DNA from: Candidatus Woesearchaeota archaeon
GTDB taxonomy: Archaea; Nanobdellota; Nanobdellia; Pacearchaeales; GW2011-AR1
Assembly: GCA_964360985.1 (NCBI GenBank)
Contig: CAYHYK010000001.1
Location: 1-45,013, forward strand
Reading direction: 5' to 3'
DNA: 45,013 bases
Under the pieces are notes generated by a model. It was not told the DNA's origin and searched no databases. It saw only the letters and a program-made list of their open reading frames with translations. A program made the position numbers and the translations under genes. The number at the start of each line of letters is the position of its first letter. Position 1 is the first letter of the stretch. Of the stretch, positions 17,361-25,478 are shown piece by piece.

Positions 17361-17606
17361 AACCAATTTAGTAATCATAGGAGCATTATTTTCTTCTTCC
17401 TCTTCTATTTTTATTAATCTTTCTTTTTCCCACGGAGCAGACTCAAAATAAAGCTCTAATGCCTCCCTCAAACGGCTCTTAGCCTCTTCAATAGTATCTC
17501 CTTGAGTAACTACGTTAGGAATTTGCATAGAGCTGATGCTATAAACTTTGTCTTTTCCCTTTCCTTCCGGATATATAATAATATCAATTTCTATTTTACC
17601 CACCAT
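17349..17606 (-). CDS. hicB: HicB-like antitoxin domain protein (85 aa)
   Basis: 'YSISSMQIPNVVTQGDTIEEAKSRLREALELYFE' matches the HicB N-terminal fold pattern (..PG..tqGeT.eEA..n..EAi.l.le). Confidence 0.6.
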   Translation of the reverse strand: MVGKIEIDIIIYPEGKGKDKVYSISSMQIPNVVTQGDTIEEAKSRLREALELYFESAPWEKERLIKIEEEEENNAPMITKLVLVS

Positions 17607-17674
17607 ATTAATTATTAACGATAAAGATATATAAACTTTTAGATTATGAATTCGACTCCATTCGAAAAATTCAA

Positions 17675-18019
17675 TTAATACAGTATATCTATCTTTCTAT
17701 TTTTATAATAATCTGCTACAACTCTTTGTAAATCTCCCACTAGTTTACTATCTTTTTCTATTTCCCCTAGTTCCAAATTTCCTTCTCCACTAATATCAAT
17801 TACCTTTCTTATAATAGGTTCTGTACCTCCAGGATTAAACACATGAAGATCTTCTTCAATTAAATAGTATTCTCCTCCCCTTAATATCAGGCCGTATTTC
17901 TCGCCGACCCTTAAAACATTAATCTTTCTAAACTCTAAATCCTCTAAGACTTCCTTAATTTCCTCTCTATGACAATATCCTTCTCTTACAAGATCATCTA
18001 AAAACTCTTTCCTTTCCAT
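17675..18019 (-). CDS. Hypothetical protein (114 aa)
   Basis: ATG ORF with no recognisable motif. Confidence 0.4.
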   Translation of the reverse strand: MERKEFLDDLVREGYCHREEIKEVLEDLEFRKINVLRVGEKYGLILRGGEYYLIEEDLHVFNPGGTEPIIRKVIDISGEGNLELGEIEKDSKLVGDLQRVVADYYKNRKIDILY

Positions 18020-18052
18020 AAATCTCCTTATTCAACAATATTATAAATATTT

Positions 18053-18646
18053 TCATTTCCCAATTTCTTTCTTAACAATTTCCATATCTTTCTCCCACTC
18101 TATAATTAATCCTCTATTATATATTATAGCTGCAGGATGAAATAAAGGAATTAATTTTATTTTCATTCCTTCAAAATCAATCACTCTAGTTTTTCCGTGA
18201 ACTTTTGTAATTCCTTCCTGTTTATCCATTTTCTCAACTTCAAAATTTGCCAAAAAAAACTTTGTAGCGTAATTCCCAAGAGTGCATATTACCGAGGGTT
18301 TTATCACCTTAATTTGTTTAAGCAAATAAGGAGTATGTAGTTTTATCTCACTAGGCAAAGGAGCTCTATTCTCAGGAGGTCTATACTTGAGAATGTTTGC
18401 AATATAAACGTCCTCTAAACTTAACCCCACTTCATTCAAAAGTTTATCTAAGTTCTTTCCAGCAGCACCAACAAAAGGCAATCCCTGCAAATCCTCGTTC
18501 CTTCCTGGAGCTTCGCCAATAAACACTATAGGTGCACTCGCTCTCCCCTTCCCAAAAACTAAATTAGTTGCACCTTCTTTAAGGGGTAAATCGGCTCCAA
18601 GCGTCTCAATTCTAAGTTCTTCAAGTAAATTTTCTTTCTCATTCAT
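18053..18646 (-). CDS. udg: Uracil-DNA glycosylase, family 4
   Basis: 'GEAPGRNEDLQGLPFVGAAGKNLDKLL' and 'FHPAAIIYN' are family-4 UDG motifs. Confidence 0.85.
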   Translation of the reverse strand: MNEKENLLEELRIETLGADLPLKEGATNLVFGKGRASAPIVFIGEAPGRNEDLQGLPFVGAAGKNLDKLLNEVGLSLEDVYIANILKYRPPENRAPLPSEIKLHTPYLLKQIKVIKPSVICTLGNYATKFFLANFEVEKMDKQEGITKVHGKTRVIDFEGMKIKLIPLFHPAAIIYNRGLIIEWEKDMEIVKKEIGK

Positions 18647-19119
18647 TTTGAAATTAATTTAATGTAATCCCCAGACATAGTGACTCCCTCTCGATAAACA
18701 CTAGCATACCATCCTCTTCTACCCTTTAGAACCTTACTAACATTAATGCCCCTAAAATAAGGAAGTAAATGCAAATTTTCACAAGGAACAATAGGCTCAG
18801 TAATTTCAATGACACTATCTCCGATTTGATATATACCGCCCACTTTAATAGAATCATAAAGAATATTTCTAGTAGTTATATTCTCTCCTAAATCTCCTGG
18901 TTTAATACTAAATCCCTCTCTATTAATTTCTTCAAGACTCTCTAGACAATGAAGTGAAACAGCCCTTTTCCATCCTTTATTTTTTCTAATTCTATAATTA
19001 TTATAATCTCCTTCAACACCTGCATAATAAATAAATGCCATTTCCACAGGAGTCTTTGGTAAGCCCACTCCATCTGTACTAGACCCCTTAACATTTATAC
19101 TATGAACTGTTCCTTCCAT
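18643..19119 (-). CDS. MOSC domain protein
   Basis: 'PGDLGENITT' and 'PCENL' are typical MOSC beta-barrel motifs. ATG 19119 has a TATA-like box about 25 nt upstream. Confidence 0.7.
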   Translation of the reverse strand: MEGTVHSINVKGSSTDGVGLPKTPVEMAFIYYAGVEGDYNNYRIRKNKGWKRAVSLHCLESLEEINREGFSIKPGDLGENITTRNILYDSIKVGGIYQIGDSVIEITEPIVPCENLHLLPYFRGINVSKVLKGRRGWYASVYREGVTMSGDYIKLISK

Positions 19120-19198
19120 CAATAATCAAAATAAGTTATAATTTTAAAGATTTGTATATCTGTTTTATACCTCTAAATTATAAATAATTTTTAATTTT

Positions 19199-19930
19199 CT
19201 ATAAAATCTGATCAATATAACTTGGAATTCCCCATCTAGAGTCAGCATCTTCTCTTCTTTCTCTTTTTAATTTGGCTTTGCCTCCATAAAGATAAATATC
19301 TAGTACTCCATCATCTTTATGCTTTGAACCTGCAAATATAAGGCCTTGATAATAGAGTATCTGAGGCGCATGGGTGAAAAGAGCCATTCCTTCTTCTAAG
19401 TTTAAAGGTGTACGACCACTACTAAATATTTGTTTAGCTCCCTTATCAGCGGAAAAACCTCTCATAGAGGTACCACAGCTTACATCTGAAATCAAATAAG
19501 GTTTCGTATGTTTTATTGTATCATCTACTCTTCTTATATTTCTTATATCCAAGAAAGTATATCCTAAAATTTCATTATTTTTACAACTAAGCTGATCATA
19601 TATAGAAACCATGCTATGAGGAATAACTATTAAGTAGGGTAAAGTCTCAGGGGAAGAAATAAAATCTCTATTCATAGGTCTCAAAGAAGAAATTAAATCT
19701 ATAAATTGTCTCTCATTCATTCTACTAAGCTCAGGATAATCTCTGTCCAAAAGTCCATTGAGTTGATAATTAAAAGATTCTTTCGCATCATATAAAGCAG
19801 GAGCAAGTTTTGGTTTGCTCATCAACAATTTTGATTTTGCATCTGCCAATAAACCTTCAATTTGACTAGGCGAAACACTTTCTAAAAGACTTGAGATGAA
19901 TACGGCTTTACTTTCATTGGATGGTTTCAT
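19199..19930 (-). CDS. Hypothetical protein (243 aa from ATG 19930)
   Basis: Long ORF. The track start at 19951 is TTG. ATG 19930 has TTTAAAAA (complement of 19952..19959) about 25 nt upstream. Confidence 0.45.
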   Translation of the reverse strand: MKPSNESKAVFISSLLESVSPSQIEGLLADAKSKLLMSKPKLAPALYDAKESFNYQLNGLLDRDYPELSRMNERQFIDLISSLRPMNRDFISSPETLPYLIVIPHSMVSIYDQLSCKNNEILGYTFLDIRNIRRVDDTIKHTKPYLISDVSCGTSMRGFSADKGAKQIFSSGRTPLNLEEGMALFTHAPQILYYQGLIFAGSKHKDDGVLDIYLYGGKAKLKRERREDADSRWGIPSYIDQIL

Positions 19931-19967
19931 AAATTTCAACAATATCTTCAATTTTTAAATATTTGTA

Positions 19968-20732
19968 TTATTTTTCCACTACTTCAAGTAAAACTTTCTC
20001 TCCAAAGTGTTCAACACTAATTTCTTTCCATCTTTCATATTGACTAACTCCACTAAATGTTTTCAAACTATCACTAGTATGGAATTTGCCATTTTTTAAT
20101 ATTTCCTCAAAATTCAAATCAATAGGAAACTCCAGAAGAGGATGTTTTCCGAATAATATCTTTCCTAAAATAGGAAACTTTACAGGAAAGTCTCTTATTC
20201 TTCTTCCAATGTAAGCCTTAGCAGGTTCCAGAAATTTTTCATTTCCTGCATGTACTTCATGTAAAGATTCACAAATAGCATCAATTTTATCACAATAAGA
20301 AACTAGTTGCGCCTCAATACAATTTTTTTCTAATGCATTCTTAAGTAAACCTTCATACTTAAAACCATTCAGTTCACTAGGCCATAAAGAACAAAGTAAT
20401 TTAATTGCTTTTAACTCATTATCATGTACTTCTTGTAACTCTTCTTCACTCATTCTATCCTTATAATATAACTGAATATCTCCAGTTACTATTTCAGCAT
20501 CATCGTGAACCAAAGCTAAAGTCAAAGCCTTTCTAAAATCAAAATCATCTCCATACACATTCAATATTTCAGAAGAAATATCCTCTAAAAGTAAAGCGAC
20601 TCTTCTAGAATGTATTAATAAATTAGTCCTATAAAACATCGGTTTTCTCCTTTCCATATTATATCTTAAAATATTACGTAGTTTCTCTTCCCTTCCCCTA
20701 AATCCTGAAAAATCAATAATTTCCATTCCCAT
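19968..20732 (-). CDS. HD-domain phosphohydrolase (YfbR-like 5'-nucleotidase family)
   Basis: 'LIHSRRVA' supplies the His, 'LALVHDDAEIVTGD' the HD...D motif, and 'CDKID' follows downstream. Confidence 0.6.
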   Translation of the reverse strand: MGMEIIDFSGFRGREEKLRNILRYNMERRKPMFYRTNLLIHSRRVALLLEDISSEILNVYGDDFDFRKALTLALVHDDAEIVTGDIQLYYKDRMSEEELQEVHDNELKAIKLLCSLWPSELNGFKYEGLLKNALEKNCIEAQLVSYCDKIDAICESLHEVHAGNEKFLEPAKAYIGRRIRDFPVKFPILGKILFGKHPLLEFPIDLNFEEILKNGKFHTSDSLKTFSGVSQYERWKEISVEHFGEKVLLEVVEK

Positions 20733-20794
20733 ATAAAAATTCTCTAAAATTTAAATATTGAGGAGATTAATCTTCATCAATACGTATGCTTGTC

Positions 20795-21115
20795 TTATAG
20801 GGCTTGGTCGATAGAACTAACTTTGGGAGAATAATGATATCCTCTCCCACTAGGAACCACACTCCCTCTCTTTTTTTCAGCCCTCTGTTCAACAAGATAG
20901 GTCTTAAAAGTGTGCCCTCTTACTTCTCTATAAGTTCTGCGTAAAAAAGTCTTAAGATTACTCAAGGGGTATTTCATTTCTGGTTGTTCCCTAAGGTCAC
21001 GAGCCAAAGAAGTTATAGTAGTTTTCTCATCACTATCAGTTTCCCCACCGCACATTTCCTCAATAATCTCAACAAGTCTCAGCTTGGATTCCCTTGACAA
21101 TTTAGGCATATACAT
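20795..21115 (-). CDS. Hypothetical protein (106 aa)
   Basis: ATG ORF with no recognisable motif. Confidence 0.4.
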   Translation of the reverse strand: MYMPKLSRESKLRLVEIIEEMCGGETDSDEKTTITSLARDLREQPEMKYPLSNLKTFLRRTYREVRGHTFKTYLVEQRAEKKRGSVVPSGRGYHYSPKVSSIDQAL

Positions 21116-21208
21116 AAAAATAAAATATATAAAAAGAGTTTATAAAAATTTAGTTACTCTTCAATTTAGTAAAAATTGAAAGAACCAAGATTTCGTAATA
21201 GCGAAATC

Positions 21209-21216
21209 TTTAAAAC
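21209..21216 (+). promoter_or_regulatory. TATA box of ndk
   Basis: TTTAAAAC is centred about 25 nt upstream of ATG 21238. Confidence 0.45.
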
Positions 21217-21237
21217 CCTTCATCTCTAAAAAACAAA

Positions 21238-21807
21238 ATGGTAATGGAAAAAACTCTCGTATTATTGAAACCAGACACATTGCAAAGAAACCTAGTAGGT
21301 AAAATAATATCTAGAATTGAGGATATAGGTCTAAAAATACTAGCAATGAAAATGGTCCTAGCAGATGAAAAAAAAGCCATAGAACACTATCCTCTTGATG
21401 AAGAATGGGCAAAAAATGTATTTGAAAAAACAAAAAAAGCCTATGAAAAAGAAGGAAAAGTAATAGAACATAAAAATCATATAGAACTAGGAAAAAGTAT
21501 TCAAAAGTGGCTTTCTAATTTTATAACTGAAGGTCCAATAGTAGCAATGGTAGTAGAAGGTCCTCACGCAATAGAACTAGTAAGAAAAATTGTTGGCTCA
21601 ACTGAACCTCGTCAAGCTCTCCCAGGAACTATTCGTGGAGATTTTGCTTCAACAGAATCATATTCAGTTGCAGACAGCAATAAAAGAGTATTACGTAACC
21701 TTATCCACGCCTCAGACTCACCAGAAAACGCACAAAGAGAAATAAAGGTCTGGTTTACAGATGCTGAAATTCACTCATATAAAAAAGATCTAGATAAACA
21801 CTATTAA
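21238..21807 (+). CDS. ndk: Nucleoside diphosphate kinase with an internal insertion
   Basis: 'LVLLKPD', 'GPIVAMVVEG', 'PGTIRGDFA' and 'NLIHASDS' (catalytic His). An extra segment of roughly 35 aa lies between the 'HY' and 'GP.VAM' blocks. Confidence 0.9.
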   Translation: MVMEKTLVLLKPDTLQRNLVGKIISRIEDIGLKILAMKMVLADEKKAIEHYPLDEEWAKNVFEKTKKAYEKEGKVIEHKNHIELGKSIQKWLSNFITEGPIVAMVVEGPHAIELVRKIVGSTEPRQALPGTIRGDFASTESYSVADSNKRVLRNLIHASDSPENAQREIKVWFTDAEIHSYKKDLDKHY

Positions 21808-22278
21808 TTTAGTCAGCATTTCATATTTTTTCTTATTACCTTGTGCATTATCTTTACTTCTTTCAGAAGCTCTTTTGTAAATTCTCTTTAGTGATTCTAA
21901 ACTTAGGGCTTTTACTTTAATACCTTCAAAATTCAAATTAATAAGCTCTTTAGAACCCCTATACCAAAAATCTATCGAATCGAATTCTATCTTAAGCTTC
22001 CTTTTAAAAACTTGAAGAGTATGCCATTCTTTAGAATAGCTAAACTTAATCTTATGATCTTCCAAAACTTTAATTAATTTAGTAAAATCTTTTTCTTTTA
22101 TATAAAAATCCAAATCATTAACCTTAAGATTATTATTTTTAGTATAATAAAATAGCATATAACTTCCGTAGATTATAGGATTTATTCTATTTTCTTTACA
22201 AATTTTTAAGACCTCCCTACCAAAAGTCTTTAGTTTCTGAAAATATAGATTATTAGAAGGGTATATCTCTTTTTTCAT
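21790..22278 (-). CDS. Pol-beta-superfamily nucleotidyltransferase-fold protein
   Basis: 'IYGSYMLFYYTKNNNLKVNDLDFYI' fits the G[SG]-x(9-13)-D-x-D NTase motif. Confidence 0.45.
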   Translation of the reverse strand: MKKEIYPSNNLYFQKLKTFGREVLKICKENRINPIIYGSYMLFYYTKNNNLKVNDLDFYIKEKDFTKLIKVLEDHKIKFSYSKEWHTLQVFKRKLKIEFDSIDFWYRGSKELINLNFEGIKVKALSLESLKRIYKRASERSKDNAQGNKKKYEMLTKLIVFI

Positions 22279-22312
22279 TTCTAATTAAAGAAATAATATA
22301 TTATAAAACTTG

Positions 22313-22774
22313 TTAAGAAATATTATCCTCATCCGAATAAACATCCCTCTTCTTAGTCAATTCTTCAGGAATTCTATATTCAACCCATCTTACTCTTTTC
22401 TTTTCAATAGTTTCCTTTAAATTTTTCTCATGAGCATTTAATTTGGAATTTCCAGATTTTACTTCAACGAAAACAACTTCATCTATTTTTTTCTCATCCA
22501 TTCCCTTGAACACAATAAAATCAATAGGTTTTCCAATAAACTTACACTCAGTAGGTAAGTATTCAAAACCAGGTAAATAAGGTGCTAGTTGTTCAGAAAA
22601 CTGCCCTCCAATTACTGCTCGTGACTTCATAATAGCATCTTTCCTATGAGCAGGTAATTCACCTTCCCAATATCTATCCCTTCTAAAGCTCCCACTCCTA
22701 TATCCAATATAGTAAGCAATTCCCAGACCTATTATTGCAATCACCAAAATTATAATAGTTAATATTTCCGCCAT
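22313..22774 (-). CDS. Membrane-anchored endonuclease related to archaeal Holliday junction resolvase
   Basis: N-terminal TM segment, then 'SRAVIGGQFSEQLAPYLPGF...CKFIGKPIDFIVFKG...VVFVEVKSGNSKL'. This matches my recollection of the Endonuc_Holl-type family. Confidence 0.55.
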   Translation of the reverse strand: MAEILTIIILVIAIIGLGIAYYIGYRSGSFRRDRYWEGELPAHRKDAIMKSRAVIGGQFSEQLAPYLPGFEYLPTECKFIGKPIDFIVFKGMDEKKIDEVVFVEVKSGNSKLNAHEKNLKETIEKKRVRWVEYRIPEELTKKRDVYSDEDNIS

Positions 22775-22896
22775 TTTTACCTCTTTGCTATTTTATACCC
22801 CCTTTATTTTTACATTCATGCCCCTATTTATATTTTCATATCACTCTCAGAAATCATAACAATAAATATTAAATAGTACGATTCATTAATAGCCTA

Positions 22897-23220
22897 ATGG
22901 TATTTACAAGAGTTGATGATTATAATGGCCTTACTGGAAAGGTCTCCAAAGAATACTTTAGAGTACAAACCCTTAATGGCGGAAGAAAATACTTAGTTAA
23001 TTGGAACGCCTTATCTAATCCTTTTGAAAAAACCTATAGAATAGTGCAAGAAGATGTTCAAAGAGAAAGAGCTTTAGCCACAGAAGTTAAAGATTCAAGT
23101 TTAATGGATATTTTAAAAGAAGAATATGAAACTACATTAAATCCTAATGCATTTGATGGTACTCAACCTTTGCTAAATCCCTTACTATTACCGTCCGATG
23201 ATTACGTTCTCGAGCATTAA
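22897..23220 (+). CDS. Hypothetical protein (107 aa)
   Basis: ATG ORF with no recognisable motif. Confidence 0.35.
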   Translation: MVFTRVDDYNGLTGKVSKEYFRVQTLNGGRKYLVNWNALSNPFEKTYRIVQEDVQRERALATEVKDSSLMDILKEEYETTLNPNAFDGTQPLLNPLLLPSDDYVLEH

Positions 23221-23312
23221 ATATAATAATTCATTTAATTGATTTTTACACCCTCTCCTTGAATTAACCCAGAACAATAAACCTAAAAACCCTTTTTATC
23301 TTCAAATGTTGT

Positions 23313-23386
23313 GCCCCTATAGTTCAGCCTGGATAGAATAATTCCTTGCGGAGGAGTTGACCTCAGTTCAAATCTGAGTAGGGGCG
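23313..23386 (+). tRNA. tRNA-Arg (anticodon GCG)
   Basis: Manual cloverleaf: acceptor GCCCCTA/TAGGGGC, anticodon stem ATTCC/GGAGT, loop TTGCGGA, T arm CTCAG-TTCAAAT-CTGAG, discriminator G. Confidence 0.9.
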
Positions 23387-23409
23387 TGTAACCTAAGGTT
23401 AATAATCTC
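23381..23409. repeat. Island repeat copy A: tRNA-Arg 3' end plus palindromic core
   Basis: GGGGCGTGTAACCTAAGGTTAATAATCTC. The core TAACCTAAGGTTA is palindromic. It recurs at 24371..24426 and 25479..25507. Confidence 0.7.
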
Positions 23410-23504
23410 ACTATATTAGAGATTTTTGTCGAGGAGAAGATTTTCAGGAGTTGGTTAAGTGCTCCCGCAGGAGCGTGTAACTGAACTATATTCAATGACT
23501 TGGA

Positions 23505-24221
23505 TTAAACATCCTTTATTAATTCATCAAAATTATATATTATTTTCTTATCTAAATCGTAATGTGAAGCATAAAAAGGAAACTCTTTAACCTGAGGTAG
23601 TATTTTTTTCTTCCATTGATAAATATCGGCCTTTAGTGGTGGCCCAGGATAGACTATGAGTCTAAAATTATCTTTCTTAACAAGCGTTTTAGGAAACTCC
23701 ACTTCTTTTTGTCGTATCACATGAGTTATCGCAATTTCTTCTATAATGAAGTTTATGTTAGCTTCGCTTTCTTTTCTGTCTTTAAGAGCTTCTAAAAGTA
23801 ATTTATGAAATTCCTTATCTTCTTTATCTAATCGTTTCAATCTCTCATAATAAAATTGAAATTGTGGTGAGTTAAGAACAATATAATCCCACGGTAAGAA
23901 ATGCATGGCTTGTGGAACATATTTTTTCTTCTTTAAAACAAGATTTCTAACAGAATTACTATGACTAAGCATCTGCCCATTTGTTTTCTTTCTCACCTCT
24001 AAAGCTGCTTCATCATTATTATAATAAAGTCCATTAGTGTAAAGAAAGATAACATCTAAACCAATCATCTTTATTTTTTCTTCAAATAACTCAAGAGCTT
24101 TGTAACAATGTTCAGCATTTTGAGCATTAGATAATCTGCTCATAGACAAAGGAAAGACAATATAACCATCACTTGGAATTTGATTAATATCATGAAGTGG
24201 AAGTGTTTGTTGTTTACTCAT
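23505..24221 (-). CDS. Hypothetical protein, tentatively cyclodipeptide-synthase-like (238 aa)
   Basis: ATG 24221 has TTTTAAAA (24244..24251) about 26 nt upstream. Weak colinear resemblance to CDPS blocks: 'FPLSMSRLS', 'HFLPWDYI...FHKLLLEAL', 'NFIIEEIA', 'LIVYPGPP'. Function is unverified. Confidence 0.5.
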   Translation of the reverse strand: MSKQQTLPLHDINQIPSDGYIVFPLSMSRLSNAQNAEHCYKALELFEEKIKMIGLDVIFLYTNGLYYNNDEAALEVRKKTNGQMLSHSNSVRNLVLKKKKYVPQAMHFLPWDYIVLNSPQFQFYYERLKRLDKEDKEFHKLLLEALKDRKESEANINFIIEEIAITHVIRQKEVEFPKTLVKKDNFRLIVYPGPPLKADIYQWKKKILPQVKEFPFYASHYDLDKKIIYNFDELIKDV

Positions 24222-24370
24222 ACTAAGCACAAGGTTACCTTACTTTTAAAAGTTGCCATATTCAGGGAGCACTTAACTGCCCATTTTTGCAAAGATTAAC
24301 TTTGACAATTTTTAAACCCTAACTTTTTTGATGGAAAAATCTCATCTTCAACAAAATGTCAATTGTTCGT

Positions 24371-24426
24371 GAGATTGTTAACCTAAGGTTAATTATCTCG
24401 TGGGGGCGTGTTACCTAAGGTTAATA
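24371..24426. repeat. Island repeat copies B and C (29-bp palindrome, then a tRNA-3'-end-like copy)
   Basis: B is GAGATTGTTAACCTAAGGTTAATTATCTC (24371..24399). C is GGGGCGTGTTACCTAAGGTTAATA (24403..24426), nearly identical to copy A at the tRNA end. Confidence 0.7.
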
Positions 24427-24501
24427 TTATGTTAAAAGTAAAAACAATTGTTTTTATATAAAAACAATATATTTATAAGGATAAAAAACAATAACATTTT
24501 T

Positions 24502-25053
24502 ATGCAAGAATTAAAATTCATCAAGTTTGTAGAATTTTTTTTGGTCAATCCGTATAAAGAGGTCTATATTAGAGAGTTGGCAAGAAAACTAAAAATAAGC
24601 CCTTTTGCAACAAAGAAGTATGCAGATATATTGGTAAAAGAGAACTTAATCTTAGAAGAAAGAAAAGCAAATTTAAGATATCTAAAGGCTAATGTAAAAA
24701 ATTTGTTCTATAAACACATGAAGATTGCGTACAATATGGGGCAATTATTGAAATCTGGGTTAATTGACTTTTTAAAAAATAATCTGGCGAATTTGACATC
24801 GATTATCTTGTTTGGTTCACTTGCCAAGGGAGAAGATACTAATGAAAGCGATATAGATATCCTTATTATAGGAAAACAAAAACATTTGAGTCTGAAAGAA
24901 TTTGAAGATAAATTAGATAAAGATGTGACTCTTCATTTTTTTAGCTGGAGTGAATGGAACGATAAAGCTAAAGAAGATCATCCATTTTATTATGAAATAA
25001 TAAGTTATGGTCTGCCTTTATATGGCGAACTGCCTTTAACAAAATGGAAATAA
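24502..25053 (+). CDS. Minimal nucleotidyltransferase (MNT) with N-terminal wHTH, antitoxin-type
   Basis: 'ILFGSLAKGEDTNESDIDILIIG' fits GS-x-G-x-SD-x-D. ATG 24502 has TTTATAAG (24472..24479) about 26 nt upstream; the track start is TTG. Confidence 0.8.
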   Translation: MQELKFIKFVEFFLVNPYKEVYIRELARKLKISPFATKKYADILVKENLILEERKANLRYLKANVKNLFYKHMKIAYNMGQLLKSGLIDFLKNNLANLTSIILFGSLAKGEDTNESDIDILIIGKQKHLSLKEFEDKLDKDVTLHFFSWSEWNDKAKEDHPFYYEIISYGLPLYGELPLTKWK

Positions 25054-25469
25054 GAAATACTGAAGATTGTTTTAAATTTAGGTTATTAAGAAAAATCAAA
25101 CCCGATAAAGACAAATCAAAAAAATCCTTAGAAATAGCTGAAAGCAGAATCCTAAGGGCGAAAGAAACACTAAAAATTAATATCTTTGATTTTGTTATTC
25201 TAGAGTCTTATATGTCGATGTTTCATGCAGCAAGAGCATTATTATATAAAGATGGAGTACAAGAAAAAAGCCATTATGCAATCTCTGTTTATTTAAAAGA
25301 GAAATATTCCGATAAAATTCCAATTCCAGTATTAAACTTTTTGGAGATTCATCGAATTGAAAGACACGAAGCAATGTATGGCTTAGAATATAAGCCAGAA
25401 AAGAAAGACGCAGAACTATCATTGAAAGATGCAGAAATTTTTATAAAAGAAATCAAGAAGATTCTCTGA
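25044..25469 (+). CDS. HEPN domain protein (toxin partner of MNT)
   Basis: 'SYMSMFHAARALLYKDGVQEKSHYA' and 'RIERHEAMYG' fit the HEPN helical pattern. It overlaps the MNT gene by 10 nt. Confidence 0.7.
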   Translation: MEIRNTEDCFKFRLLRKIKPDKDKSKKSLEIAESRILRAKETLKINIFDFVILESYMSMFHAARALLYKDGVQEKSHYAISVYLKEKYSDKIPIPVLNFLEIHRIERHEAMYGLEYKPEKKDAELSLKDAEIFIKEIKKIL

Positions 25470-25478
25470 TTTTAGCGG

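Noticed and set aside
23283-23495. 70-aa minus-strand ORF in the track.
   Set aside because: It is antisense to tRNA-Arg and the att-like repeat region. It has no promoter spacing and is almost certainly a shadow ORF.
23387-23504. Possible split-tRNA half or second RNA gene in the GC-richer spacer after tRNA-Arg ('GGTTAAGTGCTCCCGCAGGAGCGTGTAAC').
   Set aside because: No T-arm or anticodon-arm structure can be drawn. The segment is better explained as degenerate copies of the tRNA 3' end/att sequence plus one arm of the 13-bp inverted repeat.
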